Origin: Octopus bimaculoides | Taxonomy: Eukaryota | Assembly: GCF_001194135.2 (NCBI RefSeq) | Contig: NC_068989.1 | Coordinates: 27,136,914 to 27,188,900 of the forward strand | Direction: 5' to 3' | DNA length: 51,987 bases | Part shown: positions 37,645 to 50,147 of the stretch, piece after piece | Position numbering within the stretch: position 1 is the first letter of the stretch | How the letters are laid out: each line of letters opens with the position of its first letter | Position numbers and translations under genes: made by a program | The notes under the pieces: generated by a model | What the model was told of the DNA's origin: nothing | Seen by the model: the letters and a program-made list of their open reading frames with translations, nothing else | Database searches by the model: none

Positions 37645-38860
37645 CACATGTGTATCCAGTAACAGACGACGTCCTCCTCTATGATAACATACTTCGTTAT
37701 ATCGGCGGCATATTTGATTTCGAGCGCCACTACTGAGTATACATGAACTCTTTCTCCGATGCAAATTCTAAATTATCTACCTTTTTAGCAACTCATATAC
37801 ACAACTTCAAAGCCCAAAATGTTCTCTATACCCGTTCCTGGCTCATCATATTCGATGCGCCCACACAAAATGCAAAAGTCGGTATGTGTAAATTGTGTTT
37901 AAGTGAATCACTAACCATGGTCCTTCGCAACCACAACCTCTCATTAATAGATTCTCAGGTTTGATACTCGATAGTAAACACAGGTTCTACCATTTGCCAA
38001 TTTTATAAAATTTATGTAATCCCATAAATATAATCAGCTCCATTTACAATTAGTTTTAAGGTTACCTTTGCAAATTTCCCTTACCCGCTGCATCCCACTT
38101 CCCTAACGTCACAAGTGGTATTCTTCCCTATTCTCTCATTTCATCTCTTCAACTAAAATCACTTAAAACTACTCTACTCAATTAGGTATTAACCCATCGA
38201 CCTCTCCATCCCTTTCTATTCACCTTCCTGTATTCAATTTGATGCGCCACTGCATTCCTCAGTACTCTCTCTCTATTGCCAACCCTCCTTCATTATTGCA
38301 CTAACCACTGCTACATTGACTACCGACTCACTCTCATTATCTTCTCCTATACCTTTTTACCTACCTTAGTAATCTCCCTTTGCCACTCGATTCGACACTT
38401 CTCCCTAAAAGAATCACTATTCCATTTCTCATTGTCTCAACTTCCACTAATTTTATTGCTACAATAGCAATTTAGCACCCTTCCATTATTTTCTATTCTA
38501 CCTCTCCCATTCATTTCTTCCTCTACTACCATCTCCCTTACTCCCCTCATTATTAAACCACTCTCTCTTCCAGAACTAGCTCTCCTATATCCTCTCACTA
38601 TTCTTAACGATACCTATAATCCCACCGATCTTCCTGTTCTCCTTCTAATAAAGCTAGCTCTCCATATTTAACCATTCCATATTTGAATTACATTAGGATA
38701 TGAAATATAAGATCTTTTTCTCCCTGATGATGGAGGCTTGTCTTATCCAACGTTGATTGCTTCTATTACGGTCGCATATTGTGATAAACTATAGTAACAT
38801 TACAGTAACAACTGCTGGACTTATAATACCTTACTTCTACCCGTTTAACTCTGCTGTTTG
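37645..38860 (+). mobile_element. Penelope-like element 3' fragment: GIY-YIG C-terminus, pyrimidine-rich 3' region and defective hammerhead
   Basis: In frame: VYPVTDDVLLYDNILRYIGG (YIG at 37698)...STFLATHIHNFK...SWLII...CKLCLSES, matching the PLE motif ST.L..H.W.LK...W.I...C.LC..EK. CTGATGA-TGGA-11nt-TCCA-ACGTTG occurs at 38724-38755. Confidence 0.7.
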
Positions 38861-39107
38861 TACTATGTGTGACTTGGATCTATTAATATAAAAATCTATA
38901 TATTTATAATTAAATATTCATCGTTTGAAAGTCTCCACTTTCTGCTTTCTCTCCTTTTGCATGTATATACATATACATATTTTGCATTTCATACCCAACC
39001 TGTTATATTTAATATATCTAATTTGTTTAGCAGCATAATTCTCTCTTTCCCTCTCTCTTTCTTTCTCTTTGTCACCCTCTCTCTCTCTCTCTCGCTTTTT
39101 TTCTTTC

Positions 39108-39114
<7 letters not shown>

Positions 39115-39203
<89 letters not shown>
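39115..39203. repeat. (TA)n microsatellite
   Basis: Read directly from the sequence. Confidence 0.97.
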
Positions 39204-39206
<3 letters not shown>

Positions 39207-39747
39207 ATACATAAATATATGTATGTATGTATATATATTAGTGATTGCTCCATCTTCACAGCTGATTGCTTTCCTCTGGTACTTCGTCGTTGACAATGGC
39301 ATTTCTGACTTTCCGACCTTAACCTCTCTGATCTGCATAGTTTGAGGCATAGGTGACAGACGAAAATTGTGACTGAAGGGGTTCTTCCAACTGGTTTGGA
39401 CTTCGCATGTCGTCACTCTTCCATAGCCAAACAAGTAGATGCAATGACAAATGAGGTCACCATTAACAGAGATCTGTACGTCAATGGTTTATATTGATAA
39501 ACACTTGTATAACACGCGTACTAGTCTCTAAGTCTCCCTGATAAGTATCTGATCGCAGGCTGTAGCGCGATGATCACACAACATGTGAAATTGTGGGTTT
39601 AACATCAGAACAATATAGTGTGTTCATTTCTTTTTTGCGTCTGTGATTTTATTTTTTATCATGAAAACATTTCCTTCGTTTTGCTGCTTTTCTTTCTACG
39701 AAATAAGACGATAAATTGAGGAACTGTTATTTTAACGAGTTGTAACT

Positions 39748-39861
39748 ATTTATCACCCGATGAGACACATCTGCACCACCGGAGGCTCCTGAATCAGTTG
39801 TTAAGCGTCCCACCGGTGAGAGATAGGTGCAAGATGTGTCGAAACAATTGTCATGATTAAT
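39748..39861 (+). ncRNA. Type I hammerhead-like motif with long stem II and CCGA variant core
   Basis: tatcac-CCGATGA(39757-39763)-GACACATCTGCACC...GGTGCAAGATGTGTC-GAAAC(39841-39845)-AATT-GTC(39850-39852)-atgat. An inner CACCGG/CCGGTG helix is also present. Confidence 0.7.
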
Positions 39862-39906
39862 AATTAAAATTCACGTTTATTTCCATCTTTCGTCTTTCAT
39901 TTACCA

Positions 39907-39938
39907 TGCGTGTGCGTGCGTGCGTGTTGTGTGTATGT

Positions 39939-40030
<92 letters not shown>
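39907..40030. repeat. (TG)n microsatellite
   Basis: Read directly from the sequence. Confidence 0.97.
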
Positions 40031-40035
<5 letters not shown>

Positions 40036-40429
40036 AGGTAGTTTCCAGTGAAAACATGTAATGCTTGAGACTTAGATAAATAAAACCGGGATTCTGTGCC
40101 GCAACATGACACTTGTTCGCGCACGAAGTCTTATCCATAGAATTTTGGAAGAATGCTTCTTTAAGCTTAATCCATAATCTAGTTTCTTGCTGTAAGTGAA
40201 ATCCTTACCAAATGGGCAATAATGAAAAACGATAGATGATAATCGAAAGAATTAATCCCTAAACTTGATAATACCTTCTAGACCCGTTTCAAAATAAGAA
40301 ATGAATGTTGATAATTGAGCATCAACAATTAGAAGAAAATATTCCGATTAATTTATAGGTAAAACAAGATTTGCTTTTGGACACACCTACGAGTAAAGAC
40401 GCTATGAGGCACATATATACAGAGATAAA

Positions 40430-40610
40430 TATACATGTGCGTGCCTGTGTTTGTGTGTCTATGTGTGCGTGCGTGTATGTGCAAGTGTGCGTGTGTGTCC
40501 GTGTGTGTGTGTGTGTAGGTGTGCGTGTGCGCGTGTGCGCTTGTGTGTGTGTCTGTGTGTGTGTGTATCTGTGTGTGTGTGTCTGTGTCTATGTGTCAGT
40601 GTGTGTATGA
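40430..40610. repeat. Degenerate (TG)n/(TGCG)n tract
   Basis: Read directly from the sequence. Confidence 0.9.
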
Positions 40611-41564
40611 GTGTTTAAAAAAAAACAGATGTTCATTGTTTACTCCTGTTTAGTCTAATCACTAACCACTACCATCCTTGAAAACCCAACCTAACGAAAT
40701 TATACCTGAGAAATGTTACCGCATTTGAAATATGCGTCTATTTCCATTGCTTAATTCTGAAGCATAATCCTGAATAGAATTTAAGATTAATTACTTTTAA
40801 GTGATACATTCATTTCATAGCGTATTTTTACAATGATAATATATTAATGTACATATGAATACTGCTGAAGTGTTTCCATTTCCTACCATAAAATATTTGA
40901 ATGAACGAAAAATGTTCATTTTAAAATCATGTTTGGGAAATTAATAACCGCTTCAAGCAGTGATGCAAACACTTTGCTATGTCGCGTCTCCGGCTTCAAG
41001 AACAGTGGACAAGGATTTTAAATATATCACATTGAAAATTTAATAATTCAACAGGAATATTAAATATCCCTGATAGCTAGACGGTTAGGAAGTCGCTTTG
41101 ATTGCCGTGTGTATAAGAGACACAGGACGCAATTATTATTTATGCTCTGCAATCGCGATAAAACGTTTAATTTCCATAATGCTACATATAAAAGCAAGAT
41201 TTACAAATCAGATTATATTACTGCATTATCAAGGGAATACATATCTGACATGCAGTAACAACAACTATTAACTATAATGATTTTGATTTGACTCAATAAT
41301 TCCCCTCCTTTAGTTTTAATCCGAAAGATATTTCTTCAATAAAATTGTAATCGTTGTTCTAAGATAGAATGGTTAAATGTCTTAATGAATACGATGAATG
41401 AACGGTTAATTCAAGCAGTATTATGTATATGCATTTATACCAATCAACATCAGTGAAAAAGTTATATCAATTCTCAAATGTACATTGTTGGATTGGAGAG
41501 CATCGAGTATTTAACAGGAGTTAATGTCAATTTAAATAATATAGATCTGACTGTGTTGTAACGA

Positions 41565-41840
41565 TATATGTATATATGTGTATGTGTGCGTGTGTATGTG
41601 TGTGCGTGTGTATGTGTGTGCGTGTGTATGTGTGTGCGTGTGTGCGTGCGTGTGCTGTGTATCTATATGTATACATATATGTATACATGTATACACATAC
41701 ATATATATATACATATTCATACACATACATGTATCTATACACACACATATACGTATATGTGTGTGTTGTGTGTATGCGTGTGCGTGTGCGTGTGCGTGTG
41801 TGTGTATGTGTGTGTGTGTGTGTTTGCATGCGTGCGCGCT
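41565..41840. repeat. Compound (TG)/(TA)/(CA) low-complexity tract
   Basis: Read directly from the sequence. Confidence 0.9.
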
Positions 41841-42599
41841 GTAAGAATTGTTGTGACACTACAAAATTAATTGAAATTAACATTAGAATGCCTTGCTTCT
41901 CTTATACAAATGAGTTAATTGAAAAAAGAAGTAATTATATATAACTTCATGATGTCATATCAAATTGAAGATGCACATTTGATTGAGCTTGTTTCTCTTT
42001 ATAGCAGCAAATGTCAACACCCTTCCTATCGAATCCCAGGAAAGCTTATGCCGAAGACAATTTAAGTTAAATTAACAATAAGTATCAGTAACATACCGAG
42101 TAAATGTAAATGTAAGACCACAAGTGCTAAAAAAAATTTGAAACTTTCCAATACTGTAACGTTAAATATATACCATTTCGTTTTTACAAACAAAAAAAAG
42201 CACACCTCATTAATTTAAAATCCTCTTTCCGAATTACTGACCTAATTTCCCTTTCTTCATGTTTTTTTTTTCAGTTTTTATTAATTTTTGTTTTCTGTTT
42301 TTCACCAGTCTTGCAACATTTTCGTCAAATACATATGTATTTTATGCTTCAGTTATATCTACGTTTGGAATTGGGGCACGTCACTTCTCTGCATAGAATT
42401 TGTTACTTATTTTGAAATATGAGGTATGTCAATATATTGGCACAAACTATTGGTATCTCCAGTGAATATTAGGTTTATTAGAAAACTCAACGTTAATCAT
42501 ATACATCCTATAGTGAAATAATCTCTTCGTCTCTTATGAGGTTGTCAAGTATGAAATTTTTAGAAAAGAAAAGAGTTTGGTAATGTTTTATAAATACAA

Positions 42600-43640
42600 G
42601 AAATAGTTTTATTCATCAAAGTATGCATCTATATTGTCAATATACTTTTGCCATTTCAACGGTAGCTTCTCCAGCCCGCTACTCTAAAAACCTGGCAATG
42701 TATAGTCAATAAAATCTTGAAAGGCATGTTTCACAGCATCGTCGGAATTAATCTTTTTCCTATAAAAATGTTATCCAAATTCTGGAAGAAGTGGTAGTGA
42801 GTGGGGGCAAGATAAGGTGAGTATGGTGGATGATGGAAAACATGCAACTCGAACACCTGTAGTTTCACCAATGTCAGTTTTTCGATATTTGGTCTGGCGT
42901 TGTCATGCAATAAAATAGGAGGGGATCTGTTGACTAATCTAGACAGCTCTTTTGTAAGTTTCTGCAGTTGGCTGCAGTATATTTCGGCCGTGATTGATGA
43001 GCCAGGTTTAATGAAATTATAATGGATCACACCAGTGCCAGACCACCAAACACACACCATCAGCTTCTTTTCATGAATTTTGCTTTTTGGACTGTGTTTG
43101 TCTAGCCATTTAGCTGAACGTTTAGGGTTGTTGTATTGGATCTATTTCTCATTACATGTTACAATTCAATTTAAAAAAGGATTCATTTTTGTGACGAGAA
43201 AGTAACATAACGCAGGATTCCAAACGTTGCTGTTTCTGAATTTCATTGGGCTCATGTGGAACCCACTTATCCAACTTTTTCACTTTACCGATTTGAACTA
43301 GGTGAGTCAATATTGTTTCTTTGCTAACACCAAACAACAACGATAATTCACGGGCACTTTGAGATGGATCTTAACTCGACGGTGGTTTTCAGTTCGTCAT
43401 TATCCACCTTTGTTTCTGGTCAAACACGTTGCTCATTTGTGAAGTCACAGTTACCAGAACGAAATTTTGCAAACTAATTTGATACTGTCTGCTGTGTAAT
43501 GATATTAGAATGAAATGCTCTATTAATATTCCGAGCTGTCTGTGATGCTGCATTTCCAATAAAGAACTCATATTTCAAAACTGCACAGATCTCTAAACAA
43601 AAATAGCAAAAGACGATTTATAAATAGTATATAAAGCGCA
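42600..43640 (-). mobile_element. mariner (DD34D) transposon, near full-length relic
   Basis: Reads GKVKKLDKWVPHE, MVCVWWSGTGVIHY and LLHDNARP...HPPYSPYLAPTHYHFF. There are 34 residues between the D of HDNARP and the third catalytic position, which is mutated D to H. Frameshifts are present. Confidence 0.92.
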
Positions 43641-44604
43641 AAATGAGTTACAATAAAGAAATAGATGTCAGCTTTCTAACAAATAGAGATCGTCAAAATA
43701 TATTAATGCCCAGAATGAGTAACTGTCAAAGTTTACCATATACCTTACTGCAAATTTCATACTTGACGACATTATAAATGCGCAAAAAGCAGGACTGCAA
43801 AAAGGGCAACATTTTAACCTTAATGATAATGCTATGAAGCCAGTGACTTCTGTACGATACATTCTAATGTTGTTTAGCGCTAAGTTGTATCTCAATTATA
43901 GATTTATTTAACTTACAAATGGATTATTTACTATTTGGTTTATAATTTGTACAAGTAATACTAACCTAAAATGTGAAGATGTAAGAAAAATCACGTGTTT
44001 TTGATTCATAGCTATTTCAAATTAGCAAGTGTGTAGAGAAAACGCTTCGACACTTGTTTCATTTACATTATTGTATTAGTATGATGTGTTCTTGTTGGAT
44101 CTTAATGATGAATTTAAGGTAGTACAAGATGTAGGCTTCATCCATAAATCGATTACAGTGATTAACAACTGTGAAGTGCAAAATCCTTGATTAACAAGAA
44201 ACCGAGGTGATCCTGAATAGGCGTCTATCTCTAATACCCAACATTTAGCCTTGATCAGGTACAAAATTTGATGAAGTATAAAACTAACTTTAAATGGCTT
44301 TCTCTTATGCATATAGTATCGTTCTATATGCATTGTGCAGTTGTGTGAATAATGCACAGAGGGGTGTGTATATTGTAAAGATATAATGAATTACTGTCAA
44401 CGTTTGAAGCTATGCCATGTATTATGTATAAAAACAGATGCTACTGTTATATTCATTGTTATTCAATGTACCCATCATACCTTTTCCCTCCGATTCCTAT
44501 TCATTGTCTTCATTCTGCTTATTCTATTGCCTCTTTTTCTTATTGTTCAAATATATTTTCATTTGTTCATTTCGTTTTTAGTTCCCCTTCATCATCGTGA
44601 CCAG

Positions 44605-44678
<74 letters not shown>

Positions 44679-44685
44679 CATTATT
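44605..44685. repeat. (ATT)n microsatellite, equal to (TAA)n at the LINE 3' end
   Basis: Read directly from the sequence. Confidence 0.97.
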
Positions 44686-47005
44686 GTTGCTGTTGTTATT
44701 GTTTTTCTTCTTCTTGTTGTTATTCATATACACTCAACAGATTCTACTGTTGCAAAACAAAAGAATCCTAACATCGGCTGCAACAGGTAGCTTTAAATGC
44801 CAATAATCCTTCTCCTCGGTTACAACAAGGAACCTTAGATGCTAAGAACCCCACCAAGTATCCTAGCTGTCCATAAAAGCACTGTTTTCTGCATCTTTAC
44901 AAAACTGGATTTTATGCTTATTTCCTTTATCCATTTGTTCAGATCGTTAGGGATAGTTTCCAATGTACCTATAACCACTGGATACATTTTACCCACACTT
45001 TCCATAGTCTCTGTAATTCAATAGCTAGGTCTTGGTACTTTGCTATTTCTATACTTCTCATGTTGCTTTTTTTATCATTTGGGACTGTAAAGTCAATTAT
45101 CTGGCACTTTCTATTCCCTTTATCTACTACTATTAAATCAGGCTTTCTAGCTTATATTACTACGTCAGTAAAGTCTCACATCTTGTATTTCTTACTTTCT
45201 AGTATTTTACCATGTCCATGTTCAATCTATTTAATGCTTGATCTTATGCAGCTACTAACACACTATCATCGGGAATCTACCATGCAAATGTCTTCTACCA
45301 GTCAGACAATTACTGTTCTTTTTTCTGGTTTTTATTTTCGTTTGGCTTTTTGGTTTCCCTATCTCTTGTTGAGGCACTAGCAGCTTTTAATAAACTTTTA
45401 ATAAAGTTTCTTCACTAATACCTACATAGGATTCTATATCAACTCTAGGTGACACCACAATCTTCAACTGATATTAACTTTGTTCCGCATTTATTTCGAG
45501 GTAAGTATAACCTTGCTACTCCTGCCCTTGACTGGAGTCTTCCATTAATATTGAATTTCTTCCTAGTCCTTCTGTCTAGCTTTGCAAATTCAGTTTTGTC
45601 CAATCTTCAAACGTTGCTGAGTATCTAATTACTGATACTGCCCACGTATTTACAGCCTTCACCAGGTTCGGACCCTTTAGCTTTGACTTCATTAGCTTCC
45701 ACACCCTTCTGATGTACTACTCAATTTTCATTTTCATTTCTATAGTTAGTACTCTGTCAGATACTAATACTCCTAGATACTTATAACTCTTTCCTCATTC
45801 AATGATTTTAATGTCTGGCCACATGGTAATTGGATACCTTTGCTGTTGACCCTCTGTTCTGTTCTCATGACTAATATTGCACACTTATCCATTCCAAATC
45901 CCATGCAAATATCTTTGTTGAAGAGTCTTACAGCCTGTATTAAGCAATCTATTTCCTCTTCATTCTTACTGAGAAGTTTCAGATCATCCATGTAGAGCAA
46001 GAAGTTAATTTTTCTCTTAATATTCCTGAAATGATACCCTACCATTTCCATCCTTAATATTAAACTGAGGGGAATCAAACAAGACAAATATTAAAAGGGA
46101 CAACGCGTCCCATGGAAAATTCCTCTTTTTATATTAACTTTCCTTAAAAGTATGTCACCTGATACTGATCTATTCTATTCTGAAATCTGGAGAACTTGCC
46201 TGCGACTGCTATGGTACGCTGTTTTAACTCTTCTATTGATATCCCAAATCCCTTGTCTTTGACTAAGAATCTTTTCTCAAGGGAAGATTTGCATTCTGTG
46301 TTTCTTAACTTGTTCAGTTTCCAGGCCTCTACTCTACTCAGATCTTGTCTCATTTTGCAGTCTCCTTTTCCCCGTTTGCTTTATTTTGTAGCCTCCCTTT
46401 CTACATTTGCTCTTTTTTAATATTTCCCAGTGATATATCTTATCTTCTAGTGATATTTTATCTTCATAGATCAATAAGTTAGTGTCACCTATATATTAAG
46501 TATCTATCCTACTCATTACAGAATCTACTTACCTAGTCATTTCTAGCAGCTTCCTTCTTTTCTTGCATTTTAATCCTGGCAATCTTTTTGTTACTTCTTT
46601 ACTCATTACTTCTTGCAACTCATCTAAAATCTTCTGATCTTCCTCACTTAACTCGGTGGTGCCAGCTTTCCTTCCTTATTGGTAGCATTATTATTATTAT
46701 TTTGTTTTTCCTTTAGGTTCTTCTTCGGTTTGAAATGTATTTCTTATGTTGTTGTTTGTCTTTCCTACTGCCTGGTTTTTCTTCTCCAGTTTATGTGATC
46801 TCTTCTACTTCCTTATTCTGTCATCCACTTTCGTCCCTTAATAGCATTAGCCTGATCTACTAATCTCTGGTAGGTCACTTTGAACATACGCTTCTCTGCG
46901 TATGGGGAAAATATTTTCGGGGATTTTCCACATTTTTTTAAGCCACTGCCTTCGAGATGATGGGATTGGTGCGAGTATCTCTGTATGAAAAGAGTTTTCA
47001 AAACT
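44605..47005 (-). mobile_element. R4/Dong-like non-LTR retrotransposon (RT plus RLE), internally deleted
   Basis: N-terminus reads MFKVTYQRLVDQANAIKGRKW and IEELKQRTIA...RIDQYQ. It then jumps to VNIKRGIFHG...CLIPLS...INFLLYMDDLKL (YMDD at 45983-45994)...FGMDKCA. The C-terminus reads RKPDLIVVDKGNRKCQIIDFTVPND...KYQDLAIELQRLW...PVVIGTL (RLE), followed by a 3' UTR and (TAA)n. Confidence 0.92.
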
Positions 47006-47529
47006 CATTTTTTACACCGCCTCCCTCATCACTCCACTTCGAACCTATTTTGGCCAATTCTTTTTCTGCAGTTCAAAACCATAGGGAAAGCATTTTCGCT
47101 AAAAAAAAGAAATGTTTTTAAAAATTGTTAATATTTTCAGAGGGAAAAGTGAGTGATTTAAGGGCGATTTGGCTGTTTTTTCTAGCATATCCAAAGACAA
47201 CCCTCCTCGTTTCTTTATCCCTCTCGCATGTATTGATGTTTTTCGATATTTCTTCCCGATAAATACATTTATATGCTGTAAAAAGAATATTTGAGAAATT
47301 ATGAATATTTTGCAACCCCGCTCCTTGCTCCGGATTGTTTCTCTTCATAAATATTAGAGAGCCTGAGAAGGTCATCGCTGGCATTTATCAACAGTGATTT
47401 TAAAAAAGAATTACAGAAATGTACTTGCATAGCAAGTGACTTGATCTGAAATCGTGTACTGAAACAAAACCAATTGCAGTATAGATGTTTGAAAGCCATT
47501 CAAGGACACACGCAAACAGTTAGTTTCTC

Positions 47530-47767
47530 GGCACTACATAAATACAGAGGTCCCTATGCATCTATGTAATGATATGAAGAGAAGGGTTAGAATTCGGGGT
47601 TAGTTCTAGGTTTAGTTTTTAGTGTTAGTTATTTCGGGGCTAAGTTAGTGTTAGGGTTACGGCTACGGTGTTATTACTTGTCCACACAGCGTACATTTAA
47701 AAGGTTTTGTGCGTAACACTTGTATTTAAGTAGTATCGTTAAAGGACCTCTGTATTTAGGTATTACC
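47530..47767. mobile_element. MITE of 238 bp with GG...CC 24-bp TIRs and internal degenerate TTAGGG-like repeats (Merlin-like)
   Basis: GGCACTACATAAATACAGAGGTCC versus the reverse complement of GGACCTCTGTATTTAGGTATTACC (three mismatches). Flanks AGTTTCTC and AGTTTCAT form a putative 8-bp TSD (6/8 match). Confidence 0.7.
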
Positions 47768-49050
47768 AGTTTCATTTCAAAATTAAAATTTCATTTGGGT
47801 CAAGATATTTTCGTTGCTTTGACAAAATTTCACAAAAGTGATGCAGCACGAAGTTTTGTCGCTGAGCACACACACACGGGCGTTGCCTTTCATTTGTTTG
47901 TATGTGTAAATATACGTGTACGCGAGTGTATATTGGTGTGTGTGTGTGTGTGCTAGTAGGAGTCGCTCGTGCAACTTGTTAGTGCATATATTGGCTTAGT
48001 GGTACAGAATGTTTGGAAACTGTGAATAAAGTTCAAGTTTCTAGTACTTGTTGCTACCTTACTTTTACTCTACATCTTCTATTAGTAATTACCCAAATTT
48101 CTAGGCTCTTCTCACAGCTATCCCGTGTTCAAAAATGATACAGCTATATTTTTAACTTTTCATTCAAGAACTAATGTTTTTACATTACGTATAGATGAAT
48201 AGAGTAACATATTGGTTTTTCAAACAGCGAATCAAAACTTAAAAGAGAAAGTGTGAGACTTTGCAAATTAAAATGGAATACTCTGCAGTAATTTGTTTGA
48301 AGAACTAAGACAATGGACAAAAGTATAAAGTGGTTTTTGTTTTAGATTTCGATGATATGAAGAGAGCCATTTTACTGTCCTAAATAAAGTACCAAATTCA
48401 TTTTTAATAGTTCTATTTTCTCCTACTATACGTGGATTTATTTAGAAATTATGGTATATTTTTTCATTAAATGTTTAGAAAAATTTAGATAATGGGAAAG
48501 AACTCATTTTATCTGATATTTTAAATTTGCACAAAAATATGTAAAGTAACTTACAATTAACAAAACAATTTTAAAAAGTTCCATTTTGCAGACTTGTGTA
48601 ATTTGTACTAAAAATATTGCGCTGCTCACACATCCTACTGTTGGTTCTATAAATTTAAGAATAAGCTATATTTATTTTCTTGCGCATTCTTAGTGTAAAT
48701 TTTCCTTCTGTATCTGGTTGTGAAGACAATGGTGTTCCTAATAGCTTAACTAGATAGTTTCTTTGTTTAAGCTCCTTTGGCGCTAAAATGACCGCTCTTA
48801 AATATTACCTTCGAAAGAGAATGTTGAAAGCATTGAACATTGCTATAGACTTTAGGCAACCAATAAAAGAATGGTAACGGAAAGTTTGTCACCAAAATTA
48901 TCTCCATCGATAAAACAACTTCCACGGTCTAGCTTCTTCTAGTGAAAGCGTTTCTAATGAAAGCATTATAATTATCATTAGTATTATCCTTGTCATCGCA
49001 GTCGCCATCGTGGTAGTCATCCTCCTCCTCCTCCTCCTCATCATCATCGT

Positions 49051-49310
49051 TATGTGAGCAGTCGCAAAATTATTGGCATGCTGCAGAAACTGCTTGGCAG
49101 TATATAATCTGGGCCTTTATATTCTGAATTCCTCAATAGTCCCCTTTGTCATCCGTTCTCGTACATAAAATAAAATACCAGTTGAGCACCAGCTCAATAT
49201 AATCGACTTACACTCTCTCCTAAAACTGATAGCCTTCTGTCCACATTTGAAACGATTATCACCATCATCATCGTCGTCGTCGTCGTCGTCGTCATCATCA
49301 TCATCATCAT
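49051..49310 (+). mobile_element. SINE family B, degraded, ending in a (CAT)/(CGT) tail
   Basis: Reads aaattattggcatg...aaactgcttggcagtat...aaaataccagttgagcac...atataatcgactt...gcctt.tgtcca.atttgaaacgattat, then a triplet tail. A second, more degraded copy follows at ~49335-49510. Confidence 0.65.
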
Positions 49311-49926
49311 TCTGTTAACGGACAACATTAACAGGATTACTTATTGCGTCTTTTCAAGATTTGTTTCGAAATCGTTTCGATGTCAATCTTGCTTTACACA
49401 TCTTCGGGTCATAAAATTAAAATACAAGCCAAATACTGGATGTTACCAACAGGTACTGAGATTTCCCTCCCATCAAAATTTATGGACTTGTGTCTAAATT
49501 AGAAACCATTTTGAACTTCGATGTTATTATCACTTTGAGTGATTTTCTCGTTGCTAGGGGCATTTAGGGTATTTCTTATTTCTAGCAATATAGTTGTTTT
49601 TTAACACCGTAGTCACATTTAATGACAATTATATATGCACACACGCGCGCATACACACATAACCACACATGCACGCAAACACACATACGTATATATACAT
49701 GCATAATAAATATATACATACATTAATACATATGCGCACATGCACATTTGTATTAAGAGAAAAGGGAAGAGAAATAGAGAAGAAATGAAAGAATGCTAGT
49801 TTCGAATTCGCAACATGGCTGTTGTTGTTGCCCTTTGATTAACTGATTTGTTATTGTGTTGTTGTTGTAGTTGTAAAACAGGGTGAAAATATTTGTTGTT
49901 TTTGTTGTTACTGTTACGTTATAGTA

Positions 49927-50109
49927 GCATAGTATTCAAATTCAAGGGGCATTTTCCTTTTTTCTGCCTGTCTCTGTCTCTCTTGTTTACTTTTGTGGTT
50001 TCGAGGTCGTTGTGAATTTTTGGCAGAGCAGAAGAAGAAGAAGAAGAAGAAGAAGAAGAAGAAGAAGAAGAAGAAGAAGAAGAAGAAGAAGAAGAAGAAG
50101 AAGAAGAAG

Positions 50110-50147
<38 letters not shown>

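Noticed and set aside
39240-39480. Higher-GC segment that looks like an interspersed repeat or coding relic
   Set aside because: No frame gave a motif I could assign to a family.
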